NCBI GenBank assembly: GCA_944325445.1 | Contig: CALVAG010000001.1 | Span: 55,652-119,651, forward strand | DNA length: 64,000 bases | DNA from: an uncultured Bacteroidales bacterium | GTDB taxonomy: Bacteria > Bacteroidota > Bacteroidia > Bacteroidales > UBA932 | Direction of reading: 5' to 3' | Shown here: positions 1-9,319 of the stretch, one piece after another | Layout: each line of letters starts with the position of its first letter | Position numbering within the stretch: the first letter of the stretch is position 1 | The notes under the pieces: generated by a model | Told to the model about the DNA's origin: nothing | The model's input: the letters and a program-made list of their open reading frames with translations, nothing else | The model's database searches: none | Made by a program: the position numbers and the translations under genes

Positions 1-1144
1 GGGTATAGTCGCTCTTTTCATTCCCAGGAATGATATCGTTTACATATTGGGGATTTAAAGACTTGATTGTCTCCAGAGGTATGCCGACAAGCTCGGATAT
101 CTGTTTGAAATGCAGGTTTTTGTGGATTTTAAACGTATCTACCTGTACCGGAAGTTCGGTTTTTGCAGGTTCAAGTTTGTAATCTTTGTAATAGTTTATA
201 AGGTAAAGGGCCCCCACAAATGCCGGCACATAGCCTCTCGTCTCTCGCGGCAAATATGGATAGATGTCCCAGAACTCCCTTGAACCGGCCCTTCTTATGG
301 CCTTGTTCACATTGCCTGCCCCGCAATTGTATGAAGATATGGCAAGCGCCCAATCCCCGAATATGGTATATGCATCGCTCAGATATTTTGCGGCGGCATG
401 TGTGGATTTTATAGGGTCGTATCTTTCGTCTACGAATGAGGTTATTTTGAGATCATATTGCAGCGCCGTCCTGAACATGAATTGCCATATGCCTTTTGCA
501 TTTGCCCTCGACCTTGCGACAGGATTAAGGCCTGATTCTATGATTGCCATGACCTTAAGCTCCTTAGGCATGTTGTACTGGTCTAAAATCTCCTCGAATA
601 TCGGCAGATAATATTGGCTCAATCCCAATATCTGTTCCGAAAATTCGGGCATTTTTTCTGTGTAGAGTATGATGTAGTTTCTTACCACATGATTGTATGG
701 AATAGGAATGAAAGAGTTCATATCCTTGATTTTTTCTATGTAGACAGAGTCCGAAATGTTCGAAAAGTACTCTACGCTATCGGTCTCGGTGATGAAGCGG
801 TCTATGGGAATCGCTTTCTGCCGGTACCAGATGCTCAAAAGCGAATCGGGGTTGCTGCCCGGTTCTGCATTTCCGAAAATCTGGCTGGTCACATAGTCCA
901 GTTCGCCTACATTGAGAGTATCCTCTATCATGGTAGTGTCGGAAAGCGCAATGGCCCCGTCGTTTATAATTATCTGAAGCGAATCTCTCTGTTTTGTGAG
1001 CCGTTCTATCTGGGCTTTCAGCTCTTTTCGGTTCGGTTCTCCGTTTTTCCTGAATATCTTTTTCAGAAATTGCGCATTCGCAATAGCAGGCACCGTTAAG
1101 AATGCAGCCAAAAGCAAAACTGTCGGGAATTTTCTTATAAGCAT
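1..1144 (-). CDS. Lytic murein transglycosylase, MltD-like (SLT catalytic domain, start of a LysM-like region); 3' end runs off the window
   Basis: Absent from the ORF track because it has no stop in the window. Hand translation of the minus strand from ATG at 1144-1142 gives MLIRKFPTVLLLAAFLTVPAIANAQ (signal peptide), then ESGLNPVARSRANAKGIWQFM and SSYNCGAGNVNKA (SLT-type motifs). The frame stays open to position 2. Same strand as parA-parB-DUF5683. Confidence 0.85.
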   Translation of the reverse strand, partial: MLIRKFPTVLLLAAFLTVPAIANAQFLKKIFRKNGEPNRKELKAQIERLTKQRDSLQIIINDGAIALSDTTMIEDTLNVGELDYVTSQIFGNAEPGSNPDSLLSIWYRQKAIPIDRFITETDSVEYFSNISDSVYIEKIKDMNSFIPIPYNHVVRNYIILYTEKMPEFSEQILGLSQYYLPIFEEILDQYNMPKELKVMAIIESGLNPVARSRANAKGIWQFMFRTALQYDLKITSFVDERYDPIKSTHAAAKYLSDAYTIFGDWALAISSYNCGAGNVNKAIRRAGSREFWDIYPYLPRETRGYVPAFVGALYLINYYKDYKLEPAKTELPVQVDTFKIHKNLHFKQISELVGIPLETIKSLNPQYVNDIIPGNEKSDYT

Positions 1145-1168
1145 TTCGTCTCCTTTATTTTATATCGT

Positions 1169-2143
1169 TTAAAAGTTCAAGTTTATTTTCAATCCTACAC
1201 TTTGTACGTAATAGTTGTTCGTGACCGTGCTTTCAGGGGCTATATTCTCTATCATTCCGGGCGCCACATTCAGCGTAATGTCGTCGGATATGTCGAAATC
1301 ATTGAAATAGGCAAAGACGTTGGCATCTATTATATTCAGTACATAGACCAGAACGGTCGCTATAATGGAGTAATCTCTGAAACGGCGGAATTTGTCCCTG
1401 TACCATATCATATTGTCGAGAGATATGGAGCCGTTGTAATCGTCTCCTGCAGCAACTGCATCTATATACATGTTCTTATATCTCTTGTATTGCTTCTGGT
1501 TGAATGCCCAGCAATAGCCAGAGACTGCAAGTCCTCCATAAAAAATGGGAATTTTCCAATAATCCCCGTTATATGCCTGACCGAGGCCGGGGAGCAGCGC
1601 GGAGTATAGGGAAGCTCTCGCCGGCAATGGCTTCTGGTCGCTTTTAAATGATATTACTCCGTCAAGCAGGCTGCCGTAATAGGTGAGAATAGAGCCTGCA
1701 ATCATGAGATTGCGCATGTTTTTCGCACTTGTTTTGCCTGTGCGCTGGTAGTTTACGTTGCAGGCAACGGCACCTCCTATAAACCCTCCTGCAACTCCGT
1801 AAATTATAGGGAGTTTCCATGCCTGCCCGTTGTAGATTTGGGCACTTCCCGGCAATACTACGCTTCCGGCAAACATGTGTGCGATTTTCATGGTATCTTT
1901 ATGCGCCAGAGCCCTGAAGTACATCGGTATGGTAAATGATGGCTTTGTAGCCTCCACAGCGCTGGCCGTGTCGCTCAAATCTGTCTGCATGCTGCCCGCT
2001 CCAGGAACTCCGGCTGCAGTGAATGTACCGGAAGAGAGGTTCCTCTGTGCAGATGCATTTTCCTGCATTGCAAGGAGAAGAACCAGAACGAGCGCAACGA
2101 TTCTGCAAATTTTGCCTGCCGACAAGGCTTTGTAAATATGCAC
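1169..2143 (-). CDS. DUF5683-like membrane protein (conserved partner of parAB in Bacteroidota)
   Basis: 324 aa ORF with an N-terminal signal or TM segment (ICRIVALVLVLLLAMQENASAQ). It has two repeated G/Y-rich membrane segments (LPGSAQIYNGQAWKLPIIYG and LPGLGQAYNGDYWKIPIFYGG). It starts 7 nt after parB. Confidence 0.6.
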   Translation of the reverse strand: MHIYKALSAGKICRIVALVLVLLLAMQENASAQRNLSSGTFTAAGVPGAGSMQTDLSDTASAVEATKPSFTIPMYFRALAHKDTMKIAHMFAGSVVLPGSAQIYNGQAWKLPIIYGVAGGFIGGAVACNVNYQRTGKTSAKNMRNLMIAGSILTYYGSLLDGVISFKSDQKPLPARASLYSALLPGLGQAYNGDYWKIPIFYGGLAVSGYCWAFNQKQYKRYKNMYIDAVAAGDDYNGSISLDNMIWYRDKFRRFRDYSIIATVLVYVLNIIDANVFAYFNDFDISDDITLNVAPGMIENIAPESTVTNNYYVQSVGLKINLNF

Positions 2144-2149
2144 GGTATG

Positions 2150-3052
2150 TTATAAGTTACAGTTATCCAATGCTTTTGTAAAAGAGTCTATTTCATCGTC
2201 TCCCGAGAAACGGATAGTTATGCTTCCCGAACCCTTTTCATCTCTTTTAATGGAGACGTTATTATCAAAATATTTGCCAAGAGTCTCTATTATCTTGAAA
2301 TAGTTCTCTGAAAGTTCTATGGTCTCTTTTTCGGGTCTCTCTTTTTTTGGTCCGTTCATCTTTTGGACTTTAGCCTCCGCATCCCTTACAGATAATCCTT
2401 TTTCTATGATAAGATTGGCGATTTTGAGTTTGTCTTTGTCGCTTTCCAGCCCCAAAATTGATTTTGCATGCCCCATTGTAAGCTTTTTGGCTCTGATTGC
2501 CAACTGGATCTCTGCCGGAAGTTTCAGCAGCCTGAGGTAGTTTGTAACGGTAGCCCTCTTTTTGCCTACTCTTTCCGCCATGGCTTCCTGCGTGAGATTG
2601 CACTCTTCAATGAGACGGCTGAAGCTTACCGCGATTTCAATCGGGTCCAGATCTTCACGCTGAATGTTTTCAATTATGGCCATCTCCAGCATGCCGTTGT
2701 CATCGGTCTCTTTTATATATGCCGGAATAGTCGCAAGGTTTGCCATCCTGCTGGCGCGATATCTTCTCTCACCGCTTATTATCTGATATCTTCCGCCGTT
2801 TATAGGGCGGACTGTAATCGGCTGGATCAGACCTATGGCTTTTATGGAAGCGGCGAGTTCTTCTATTGATTCCTGATTGAATTCGGTTCTCGGCTGGTAT
2901 GGGTTGGGTTCTATCTTATCTATCTCTATCTCCGCCGTATTCAAGAGGGCATTGTCGCTTTTGCTGCTCTTGTCGTGGTTGCTTTTCAAGAAGGCGGCAT
3001 CTGAAATCAACGCCTCCAACCCTCGTCCCAATCCTGTCTGTATCTTTGCCAT
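2150..3052 (-). CDS. parB: Chromosome partitioning protein ParB
   Basis: 300 aa with IEPNPYQPRTEF, GLIQPITVRP and ISGERRYRAS (ParB box and HTH region). Lies directly downstream of parA. Confidence 0.95.
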   Translation of the reverse strand: MAKIQTGLGRGLEALISDAAFLKSNHDKSSKSDNALLNTAEIEIDKIEPNPYQPRTEFNQESIEELAASIKAIGLIQPITVRPINGGRYQIISGERRYRASRMANLATIPAYIKETDDNGMLEMAIIENIQREDLDPIEIAVSFSRLIEECNLTQEAMAERVGKKRATVTNYLRLLKLPAEIQLAIRAKKLTMGHAKSILGLESDKDKLKIANLIIEKGLSVRDAEAKVQKMNGPKKERPEKETIELSENYFKIIETLGKYFDNNVSIKRDEKGSGSITIRFSGDDEIDSFTKALDNCNL

Positions 3053-3083
3053 ATATATATTCTTTCCTTTTAATATTCTGAAG

Positions 3084-3848
3084 TTATTCCCTTGTAAGGA
3101 TTTCCTTTGCCAGACTCAAATAGTTGTTGGAACCGTTCGACATGGCATCATACAGTATTACCGGTTTGCCATGGCTGGGAGCCTCGCTCAAACGCACGTT
3201 TCTGGAGATAATGGTTTCGAATACCATATCGCCGAAATGGCGTTTTACATCTGCCACTACCTGATTGGCGGATTTGAGCCTTGCATCATGCATTGTCAAT
3301 AGGAACCCCTCTATTTCGAGCGACGGATTTAATCTGGTCTGGACTATTTTTAATGTATTCAACAATTTGCCAAGTCCTTCCAATGCAAAGAATTCGCATT
3401 GGACCGGAATAATTACGGAATCCGATGCCGTAAGCGAATTTATGGTTATCAGCCCGAGTGACGGTGAACAATCGATAATGATATATTCGTAATCCGCTTT
3501 TACCGTATTCAGGGCCTTTTTCATTACCGTCTCTCTTTCGGGAAGTTTAAGCATTTCGATTTCCGCCCCAACCAGGTTGATATGAGAGGGAGCGAGATCC
3601 ATATTGGCTATTTCGGTTTTCAATATGATCTCTCTGAACGAGTGCTCGCCTATGAGAACTTCGTAAACCGTCTTTCTCTCTTTTGAATCGGGATTGAAGT
3701 TCAGCCCCGATGTGCTGTTCGCCTGTGGGTCGGCATCTACCAATAAAACCTTTTTCTCCAATACAGCCAGCGATGCCGCCAGATTTATGGCGGTTGTGGT
3801 CTTTCCTACCCCTCCCTTCTGATTTGCAATTGCTATAGTCTTTCCCAT
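3084..3848 (-). CDS. parA: Chromosome partitioning ATPase ParA/Soj
   Basis: 254 aa with the deviant Walker A motif NQKGGVGKTTTAINLA and VLLVDADPQANS. Confidence 0.95.
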   Translation of the reverse strand: MGKTIAIANQKGGVGKTTTAINLAASLAVLEKKVLLVDADPQANSTSGLNFNPDSKERKTVYEVLIGEHSFREIILKTEIANMDLAPSHINLVGAEIEMLKLPERETVMKKALNTVKADYEYIIIDCSPSLGLITINSLTASDSVIIPVQCEFFALEGLGKLLNTLKIVQTRLNPSLEIEGFLLTMHDARLKSANQVVADVKRHFGDMVFETIISRNVRLSEAPSHGKPVILYDAMSNGSNNYLSLAKEILTRE

Positions 3849-3882
3849 GCAGATTATTTTTATATGTGTGAGTGCTATCCTG

Positions 3883-3890
3883 CAAAAATA
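3883..3890 (-). promoter_or_regulatory. Bacteroidota -7 promoter box TATTTTTG for parA
   Basis: Exact TAnnTTTG match on the minus strand, about 35 nt upstream of the parA ATG. Confidence 0.5.
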
Positions 3891-3920
3891 ACAAATCTTT
3901 TTTTAGCAGAGAGTTTTTAT

Positions 3921-3928
3921 TACATTTG
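3921..3928 (+). promoter_or_regulatory. -7 box TACATTTG for the lipid kinase gene
   Basis: Exact TAnnTTTG match, about 37 nt upstream of ATG 3965. Confidence 0.5.
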
Positions 3929-3964
3929 CGGGCGTAAAAATATCAACATATAAACATTTTATAT

Positions 3965-4912
3965 ATGGAGAAGAGCAATGAGGCTTGGCTGGTCATCGTG
4001 AACCCGAAGGCTGGAAGCGGTAGAGGACTCAAGGACTGGCCTATCATCTCCAATCAGATGTACAATAGCAGCTTGCGCTTCACATGCGTCTTTACCGAGC
4101 ATAAATATCATGCCGTAGAACTTACTGTCAAGGCTATAAACGACGGTTTCAGGAATATAGTCGCGGTAGGCGGAGACGGTACGATTCACGAGGTGGTAAA
4201 CGGAATTTTCATTCAGAAAAAGGTCCCGACAACCGATATATCCCTGGCGGTAATACCTACCGGAACGGGAAACGACTGGATCAGGATGTTCGGTATATCA
4301 AAAACATATTCGGAGGCTGTGCGTTCGCTTGTGGAAAAGAGGACGGTTCTGCAGGATGTGGGCAAGGTCAGCTATTACCAGACAAGGGTAAACCATATAC
4401 GTTATATGGCAAATGTTTCCGGTTTGGGATACGATGCTGTCGTAAATCTGATGTACAACAGGATGAAAGATAACGGCCGTTACGGAAAATGGCTCTATAT
4501 CCTGTGTACTATCAGGACATTTTTAGGTTACAGGTCCAAGAAATTCTCGGTTAAGGTGGACGGAAAGGATTTTTATGACGGCATGGTCTTCTCGGGTGCG
4601 GTGGGAATAGGCAAGTATAACGGCGGCGGCATGCAGCAGACTCCGTACGCCCTTTTCGACGACGGGCTAATGGATATGACCATTATAAGGAAAATGTCCA
4701 AATTCAAGATAATAAGAAATTTCGGACTGCTGTTCTCCGGCAGCATATACGATGTGCCGGGTGTCATGCATGTACAGGCAAAAAAAATCGAAATCGGGAC
4801 GGTTCCCGAAAGCAGGATCGAAATAGATGGAGAAGCCGTAGGGAACTCTCCGTTTGTGTTCGAACTGGTCCCCCACGGCATAAGGGTTGTAGTCGGACCT
4901 GATTACGCCTGA
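3965..4912 (+). CDS. Diacylglycerol/lipid kinase family protein (YegS/BmrU type)
   Basis: 315 aa with WLVIVNPKAGSGRG and VAVGGDGTIHEVVNG (DAGK catalytic domain motifs). Confidence 0.85.
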   Translation: MEKSNEAWLVIVNPKAGSGRGLKDWPIISNQMYNSSLRFTCVFTEHKYHAVELTVKAINDGFRNIVAVGGDGTIHEVVNGIFIQKKVPTTDISLAVIPTGTGNDWIRMFGISKTYSEAVRSLVEKRTVLQDVGKVSYYQTRVNHIRYMANVSGLGYDAVVNLMYNRMKDNGRYGKWLYILCTIRTFLGYRSKKFSVKVDGKDFYDGMVFSGAVGIGKYNGGGMQQTPYALFDDGLMDMTIIRKMSKFKIIRNFGLLFSGSIYDVPGVMHVQAKKIEIGTVPESRIEIDGEAVGNSPFVFELVPHGIRVVVGPDYA

Positions 4913-6027
4913 TCTTTAATCACAATCCTCTTTACTCTCTTGGCTACGGAGACGAATACTTCGTATGGAATGGTTCCAAGGATATTTGCAAGTTCGGTAG
5001 CATTGGGATTTTCACCGAAGATAGTTACCGTATCGCCTACCTTGGCATCCACTCCCGTAATGTCGATCATGCACATATCCATGCAGATATTTCCTATAGT
5101 AGGTACAAGCTTCCCGTTAAGCAGGAATTTGGCATTTCCGCGGCCGAGATGGCGGTCGATACCATCGGCGTAACCGAGCGGCAGAGTCGCGGTTTTGGTA
5201 ACGCCTTCGGGGTGCAGTTTCCCGTGCCTGCCATATCCTACAGTTCCGTCTTCGGGCATCAGTTCTTTGATCTGTAATATTTTGCATCTCAATGTGGCGG
5301 CTGGTTTCAAAGCGGAGCCGTTTACGAAACTTATACCGTAGATTCCTATTCCGAGCCTTACCATGTCGAACTGGTATTGTGTGAAACGCTCTATTCCGGC
5401 GGAATTGAGTATATGGTGTATGGGCTTGTAATCCAGTATCGCATCGATTTGTGATGCCATCTTCCGGTATAGTTGTATCTGCCCGAGCGTGAACTCATCG
5501 TGCTGCGGCTCGTCGGCTGCAGCCAAATGCGAGTATATCGATTGTACCCTGATTCTCGGATGGCTCTTGAGAAAATCCAGCAGTGCGGGAAGTTCCTTTT
5601 CCATGAATCCCAACCTGTGCATTCCGGTATCCAGTTTTATATGGACGGGATAGTTTTCTATACCCATCTCCTCCAAAGTGCTGTCGAATATCCGGAGAGA
5701 TTCTATGTTGGGGATTCCGGGTTCAAGGCTGTACTCTATCAAATCCTTATAATTGTCCGTTCCTGCAGTGAGGATTATGACAGGATTTTTTATTCCGCCC
5801 TTTTTCAACTCTATTCCCTCTATCGGATGGGCAACGGCAAAATAGTCGGCGCCGGCCTCTTCCATTATTTTGGCGAATTCCACTCCTCCATGCCCGTACG
5901 AGTTGGCCTTTATGAGAATGAGCAGCTTGGTAGAGGGTTTTAATTTGGATCTGAAATAGTTGTAATTGTGTATGCAGTTGGGATAGCTGATCTCTAACTC
6001 TGCAAATGTGTCGCAGTTTTGTTTCAT
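4903..6027 (-). CDS. alr: Alanine racemase
   Basis: 374 aa with the PLP-lysine motif LIKANSYGHG and the C-terminal ICMDMCMIDIT motif. Stand-alone, not fused to murF. Confidence 0.9.
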   Translation of the reverse strand: MKQNCDTFAELEISYPNCIHNYNYFRSKLKPSTKLLILIKANSYGHGGVEFAKIMEEAGADYFAVAHPIEGIELKKGGIKNPVIILTAGTDNYKDLIEYSLEPGIPNIESLRIFDSTLEEMGIENYPVHIKLDTGMHRLGFMEKELPALLDFLKSHPRIRVQSIYSHLAAADEPQHDEFTLGQIQLYRKMASQIDAILDYKPIHHILNSAGIERFTQYQFDMVRLGIGIYGISFVNGSALKPAATLRCKILQIKELMPEDGTVGYGRHGKLHPEGVTKTATLPLGYADGIDRHLGRGNAKFLLNGKLVPTIGNICMDMCMIDITGVDAKVGDTVTIFGENPNATELANILGTIPYEVFVSVAKRVKRIVIKDQA

Positions 6028-6078
6028 GGCGTTTATTGTATATCTGTTTTTTGATTTGTCAGTTCAAATATACAATAT

Positions 6079-7041
6079 TTATTGTTTCCCGATTTTATAA
6101 AATTCGCAGTACCAATTATAAAATTCCCGTATTCCCTTTTCCAGCGGAGTATTCGGCCTGAATCCGAAATCGCGTGCAAGTTTTGAAGTGTCGGCGTATG
6201 TGGTGTAGACATCTCCCTGCTGCATCGGCACGAACTCCTTGACAGCCTCTTTGCCGGTAACGGTTTCTATTGTCTTGATGAACTCCATTAATTCTACCGG
6301 TGAACTGTTGCCTATATTGTACACTTTGCAGCATCCGCGTTCAGGTACGCTTTCTATGATTTTTACGACTCCTTCTATTATGTCGTCTATGTAACTGAAA
6401 TCTCTGCTGAGATTGCCGTTGTTGAATATCCTGATCTTTTTCCCCTCAAGAATGGAGCGCATGAAGAGGAACGGTGCCATATCTGGTCTTCCCCATGGTC
6501 CGTAAACCGTAAAGAATCTGAGTCCGGTCGTTGCCATATTCCACTGCCTGCTGTAGACATGGGCGATAAGTTCATTCTCCTTTTTGGTGGCGGCATAAAG
6601 GCTTTGCGGGTTGTCTGTCCTGTCGTCTTCTGAAAAAGGGACCTTGTTGTTATTGCCGTATATGCTGCTTGAACTTGCATATATGAAATGTTTTATGGCA
6701 TAGATTCTGCTGAGTTCCATTATGTTGGCAAATCCTACCACATTGGACTGGATGTATGCCGATGGATTTTCGAAAGAGTAGCGCACCCCGGCCTGGGCCG
6801 CAAGATTGCATACGATATCGAATCTTTCCTTTTCAAAAATTTCCCTGAGTTTTGGGAGATCTGTCAGATCCGCCTTATAAAAATTGAATTCTCCCAGCTC
6901 TTTAAGACGGCTGTATTTGAGATTCACATCATAATAAGAGTTTATGTTGTCGAGCCCTGCGACATCGTATCCCGTCTTCATGAGCCTTTTGCAGAGGTGG
7001 AACCCTATAAAGCCGGCCGCTCCTGTAACCAATATCTTCAT
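6079..7041 (-). CDS. NAD-dependent epimerase/dehydratase, UDP-glucuronate 4-epimerase-like
   Basis: 320 aa with MKILVTGAAGFIGFHL (Rossmann fold), LDNINSYYDVNLKYSRL and YAATKKENE (YxxxK). This N-terminal pattern is typical of the UDP-GlcA 4-epimerase clade of extended SDRs. Confidence 0.75.
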   Translation of the reverse strand: MKILVTGAAGFIGFHLCKRLMKTGYDVAGLDNINSYYDVNLKYSRLKELGEFNFYKADLTDLPKLREIFEKERFDIVCNLAAQAGVRYSFENPSAYIQSNVVGFANIMELSRIYAIKHFIYASSSSIYGNNNKVPFSEDDRTDNPQSLYAATKKENELIAHVYSRQWNMATTGLRFFTVYGPWGRPDMAPFLFMRSILEGKKIRIFNNGNLSRDFSYIDDIIEGVVKIIESVPERGCCKVYNIGNSSPVELMEFIKTIETVTGKEAVKEFVPMQQGDVYTTYADTSKLARDFGFRPNTPLEKGIREFYNWYCEFYKIGKQ

Positions 7042-7051
7042 TGCAATAAAA

Positions 7052-8677
7052 TTATCTGAAAATGATTATTGTACTTATTCCGTATCTGTAACTTTCGCGT
7101 CCCTTTATGACTTCGGCCAGTTCCGGGTCTTTTGCAATATGGGTGCTCTTGAGAAAGAGAACGGAGTTGCTCAAACCGGCAATCTCATCTTTTGCAATCT
7201 CATGTATCCGGAACTCCTCTATCTCTTTCCTGCTTTTCCCCTCCTGTTTTAAAAACTCCTTGAAATAGACATCGAAATTCTCGGAAGTGTGAAAATTGTA
7301 ATGTACATACCGGGAGCTTCCGTACTCTTCTGCCTTTTCCATTGCTACCATGCAGCCCTCTTTCATCCCTATATATCTGTTGAACGACGGTATGGAGAGC
7401 GAGGCAAAGAAGATAAAGGCCAACAGGGAGACGGCAATGGAGTCGGTCGCCCTGAAGATGTCGTTTTTGCAGAGCGATGCTATTGCCGCCGCTCCTCCTG
7501 CCAGCAATATGAGTGTATAGCACCACAGAGGTGCCGCCAATTCTATTTCAGGTAATGCAAAGTGTTTGGCCACAGGCTTGAAGAAGCATGATACGGCGAA
7601 TATGATTATAAAGAGTGCGGCAGGGATTGCAACGGAGGCTTTAAATGCCGGATTGGATTTTTTCCCGATGATGATTGCCGTAAAATATATAAGGAAAGGG
7701 AAGGCAGGCAGCAGATAAATCTCCAATTTGGAACTTATAAGCGAAAGCATTACGACGGCTGTCAGGAAAATCGTAATGAAGAATCTGGTAAGGGAGTTGT
7801 TTATCAGCCGTTTCCTGTATGCCGTAATGATTGCCGCGAATGCAAGCAGCGACCATGGCGCCATGGTGAACCAGTAGGTTATGAAGTAGTAATAGATGGG
7901 CTTTTTGTGGTGGAAGGCATCTACGGCCCTGTCTACGGTCTGGTGGAAAAGCAGGTTGTCGAGGTACTCCTTTCCTCCGTCGAAGTAGACTCCTGTAAAC
8001 CAGAGTGCGCACAGAACCAGAAGTATAAGCCAGCATCTCCATCCCAGATACCTTCCGATTGAGCCTAACCGCCTGCTTATGGTCAGAAATACGGTTATTA
8101 CAAGAAGCGGCAATATGAGTCCGACAGGTCCCTTTGAAAACAGGGCAAGGAAAATATAGAGCGGCAGCAGCCACCGCCATCTTCTGTATTGCGGGGTTTT
8201 GTATTCCGGTTCGAGCGAGTTGTATTCGTACATCCGGTAAAAGGTGTAGAGCGCCAGAGTAATGAACATGGTCATGAGCATGTCCATCCTGAGTACGATT
8301 ATGGGCGCCAGAAAGAATGCCGTTGTAAAGAGCATCAGCAGCGTGGAGTTCCTCTCTTTTCCTGTAAGTACGCGTTCGGTGAATCTGCCCATTGTCCATG
8401 CCGTTACAAAGGCCGGAATTACAGAAAGCAGAGATATATACAACATTATATGCTTTCCGAAAAGAATCTTTCCCAACATTACGAACCATAGATAGAGGGG
8501 CGGTTTGTCGGCATACTCGGCTCCATGGTTATAAAAGGCGAATATATGGGAGTTTTCTATCGCTTCATCGGCAATGCTGAGGTATTTCAACTCATTGTCC
8601 GCCGTAAAGTCCCTTAAAAGGAGTATAGGCAGAATTGCAATGAATATCAGGGCAAAGTAGATCCATTGTCTTTTCAT
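7052..8677 (-). CDS. ArnT/PMT-family (GT39/GT83-like) polyprenyl-phosphate-sugar-dependent glycosyltransferase, polytopic membrane protein
   Basis: 541 aa and highly hydrophobic. The N-terminal loop motif is ADEAIENSHIF...YADKPPLYLWF, the D/E...KPPL signature of ArnT/PMT enzymes. The ATGA overlap at 8674-8677 couples it to the upstream gene. Confidence 0.8.
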   Translation of the reverse strand: MKRQWIYFALIFIAILPILLLRDFTADNELKYLSIADEAIENSHIFAFYNHGAEYADKPPLYLWFVMLGKILFGKHIMLYISLLSVIPAFVTAWTMGRFTERVLTGKERNSTLLMLFTTAFFLAPIIVLRMDMLMTMFITLALYTFYRMYEYNSLEPEYKTPQYRRWRWLLPLYIFLALFSKGPVGLILPLLVITVFLTISRRLGSIGRYLGWRCWLILLVLCALWFTGVYFDGGKEYLDNLLFHQTVDRAVDAFHHKKPIYYYFITYWFTMAPWSLLAFAAIITAYRKRLINNSLTRFFITIFLTAVVMLSLISSKLEIYLLPAFPFLIYFTAIIIGKKSNPAFKASVAIPAALFIIIFAVSCFFKPVAKHFALPEIELAAPLWCYTLILLAGGAAAIASLCKNDIFRATDSIAVSLLAFIFFASLSIPSFNRYIGMKEGCMVAMEKAEEYGSSRYVHYNFHTSENFDVYFKEFLKQEGKSRKEIEEFRIHEIAKDEIAGLSNSVLFLKSTHIAKDPELAEVIKGRESYRYGISTIIIFR

Positions 8678-9309
8678 TCCCTCTTTTTGTTTGAATTGCT
8701 TTTGTGCAAAAGTATCAAATTTCTGGTATATGATAAAAATCCGAAGGATTGTCCGAGTATCAATACCGGGTCGAGGCGGATGATTCCATATGAGACTATT
8801 ATGGTGGAGCCGACGAGCGAAATTATCCAGAATCCGGCCGGGAGCAGCGATTCATGGTGTTTTTTCGAATATGCGAACTGATAGACGAATCTCAGGGTAA
8901 AGATTACCTGCCCCATCGAACCGTATATCACCAGCAGCGGCGGGATCTGCGCATTGTTCAGGCACTGTTCTACAAACTGCTGGAAATCCGAAAGGATGTA
9001 TGTGATCCCGGCCACGGGGGTTACTACTATTATCAGCCTGAAGATATACGGGATTTTTTTCCATATATCCTTTTCGTTCAGGTTCCAGATATATACGTAA
9101 TAAGAGATTACCTGTCCGAGCATTATGGCGAAATCGTCTCTGAGGAATCCGTATATGAAGAGCATATAAGAGGCTATGATGCTCAGTATCCAGAATATCG
9201 ACGGCGAAACCACTCTCTTCGCCCTTTCGGACATTACCCACTGTACCAGAATTCTGGCAGAAAAGAGAGCCTGGGCCAAAAAGCCTATGATGTATATGTA
9301 TGCACTCAT
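8674..9309 (-). CDS. Small membrane protein with two LAB_N-type (lipid-A-disaccharide synthase N-terminal-like) repeats
   Basis: 211 aa with two similar halves. Each half starts with an F..R...QW/YQF-type segment (FSARILVQWVMSE and FTLRFVYQFAYSKK). Confidence 0.6.
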   Translation of the reverse strand: MSAYIYIIGFLAQALFSARILVQWVMSERAKRVVSPSIFWILSIIASYMLFIYGFLRDDFAIMLGQVISYYVYIWNLNEKDIWKKIPYIFRLIIVVTPVAGITYILSDFQQFVEQCLNNAQIPPLLVIYGSMGQVIFTLRFVYQFAYSKKHHESLLPAGFWIISLVGSTIIVSYGIIRLDPVLILGQSFGFLSYTRNLILLHKSNSNKKRE

Positions 9310-9319
9310 TCGGGGTGGC

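Noticed and set aside
264-1099. Two plus-strand ORFs (115 and 161 aa) at the left edge.
   Set aside because: They are antisense to a much better minus-strand frame that is open from 1144 to the window edge. That frame encodes a signal peptide and clear SLT transglycosylase motifs. The plus-strand translations have no motifs and odd composition.
7641-8489. 282-aa minus-strand ORF inside the ArnT-like gene.
   Set aside because: It is an alternative frame of the same strand. Its product is Arg/His/Gly-rich and non-hydrophobic. The 541-aa frame gives a coherent polytopic membrane protein with the DKPPL motif.
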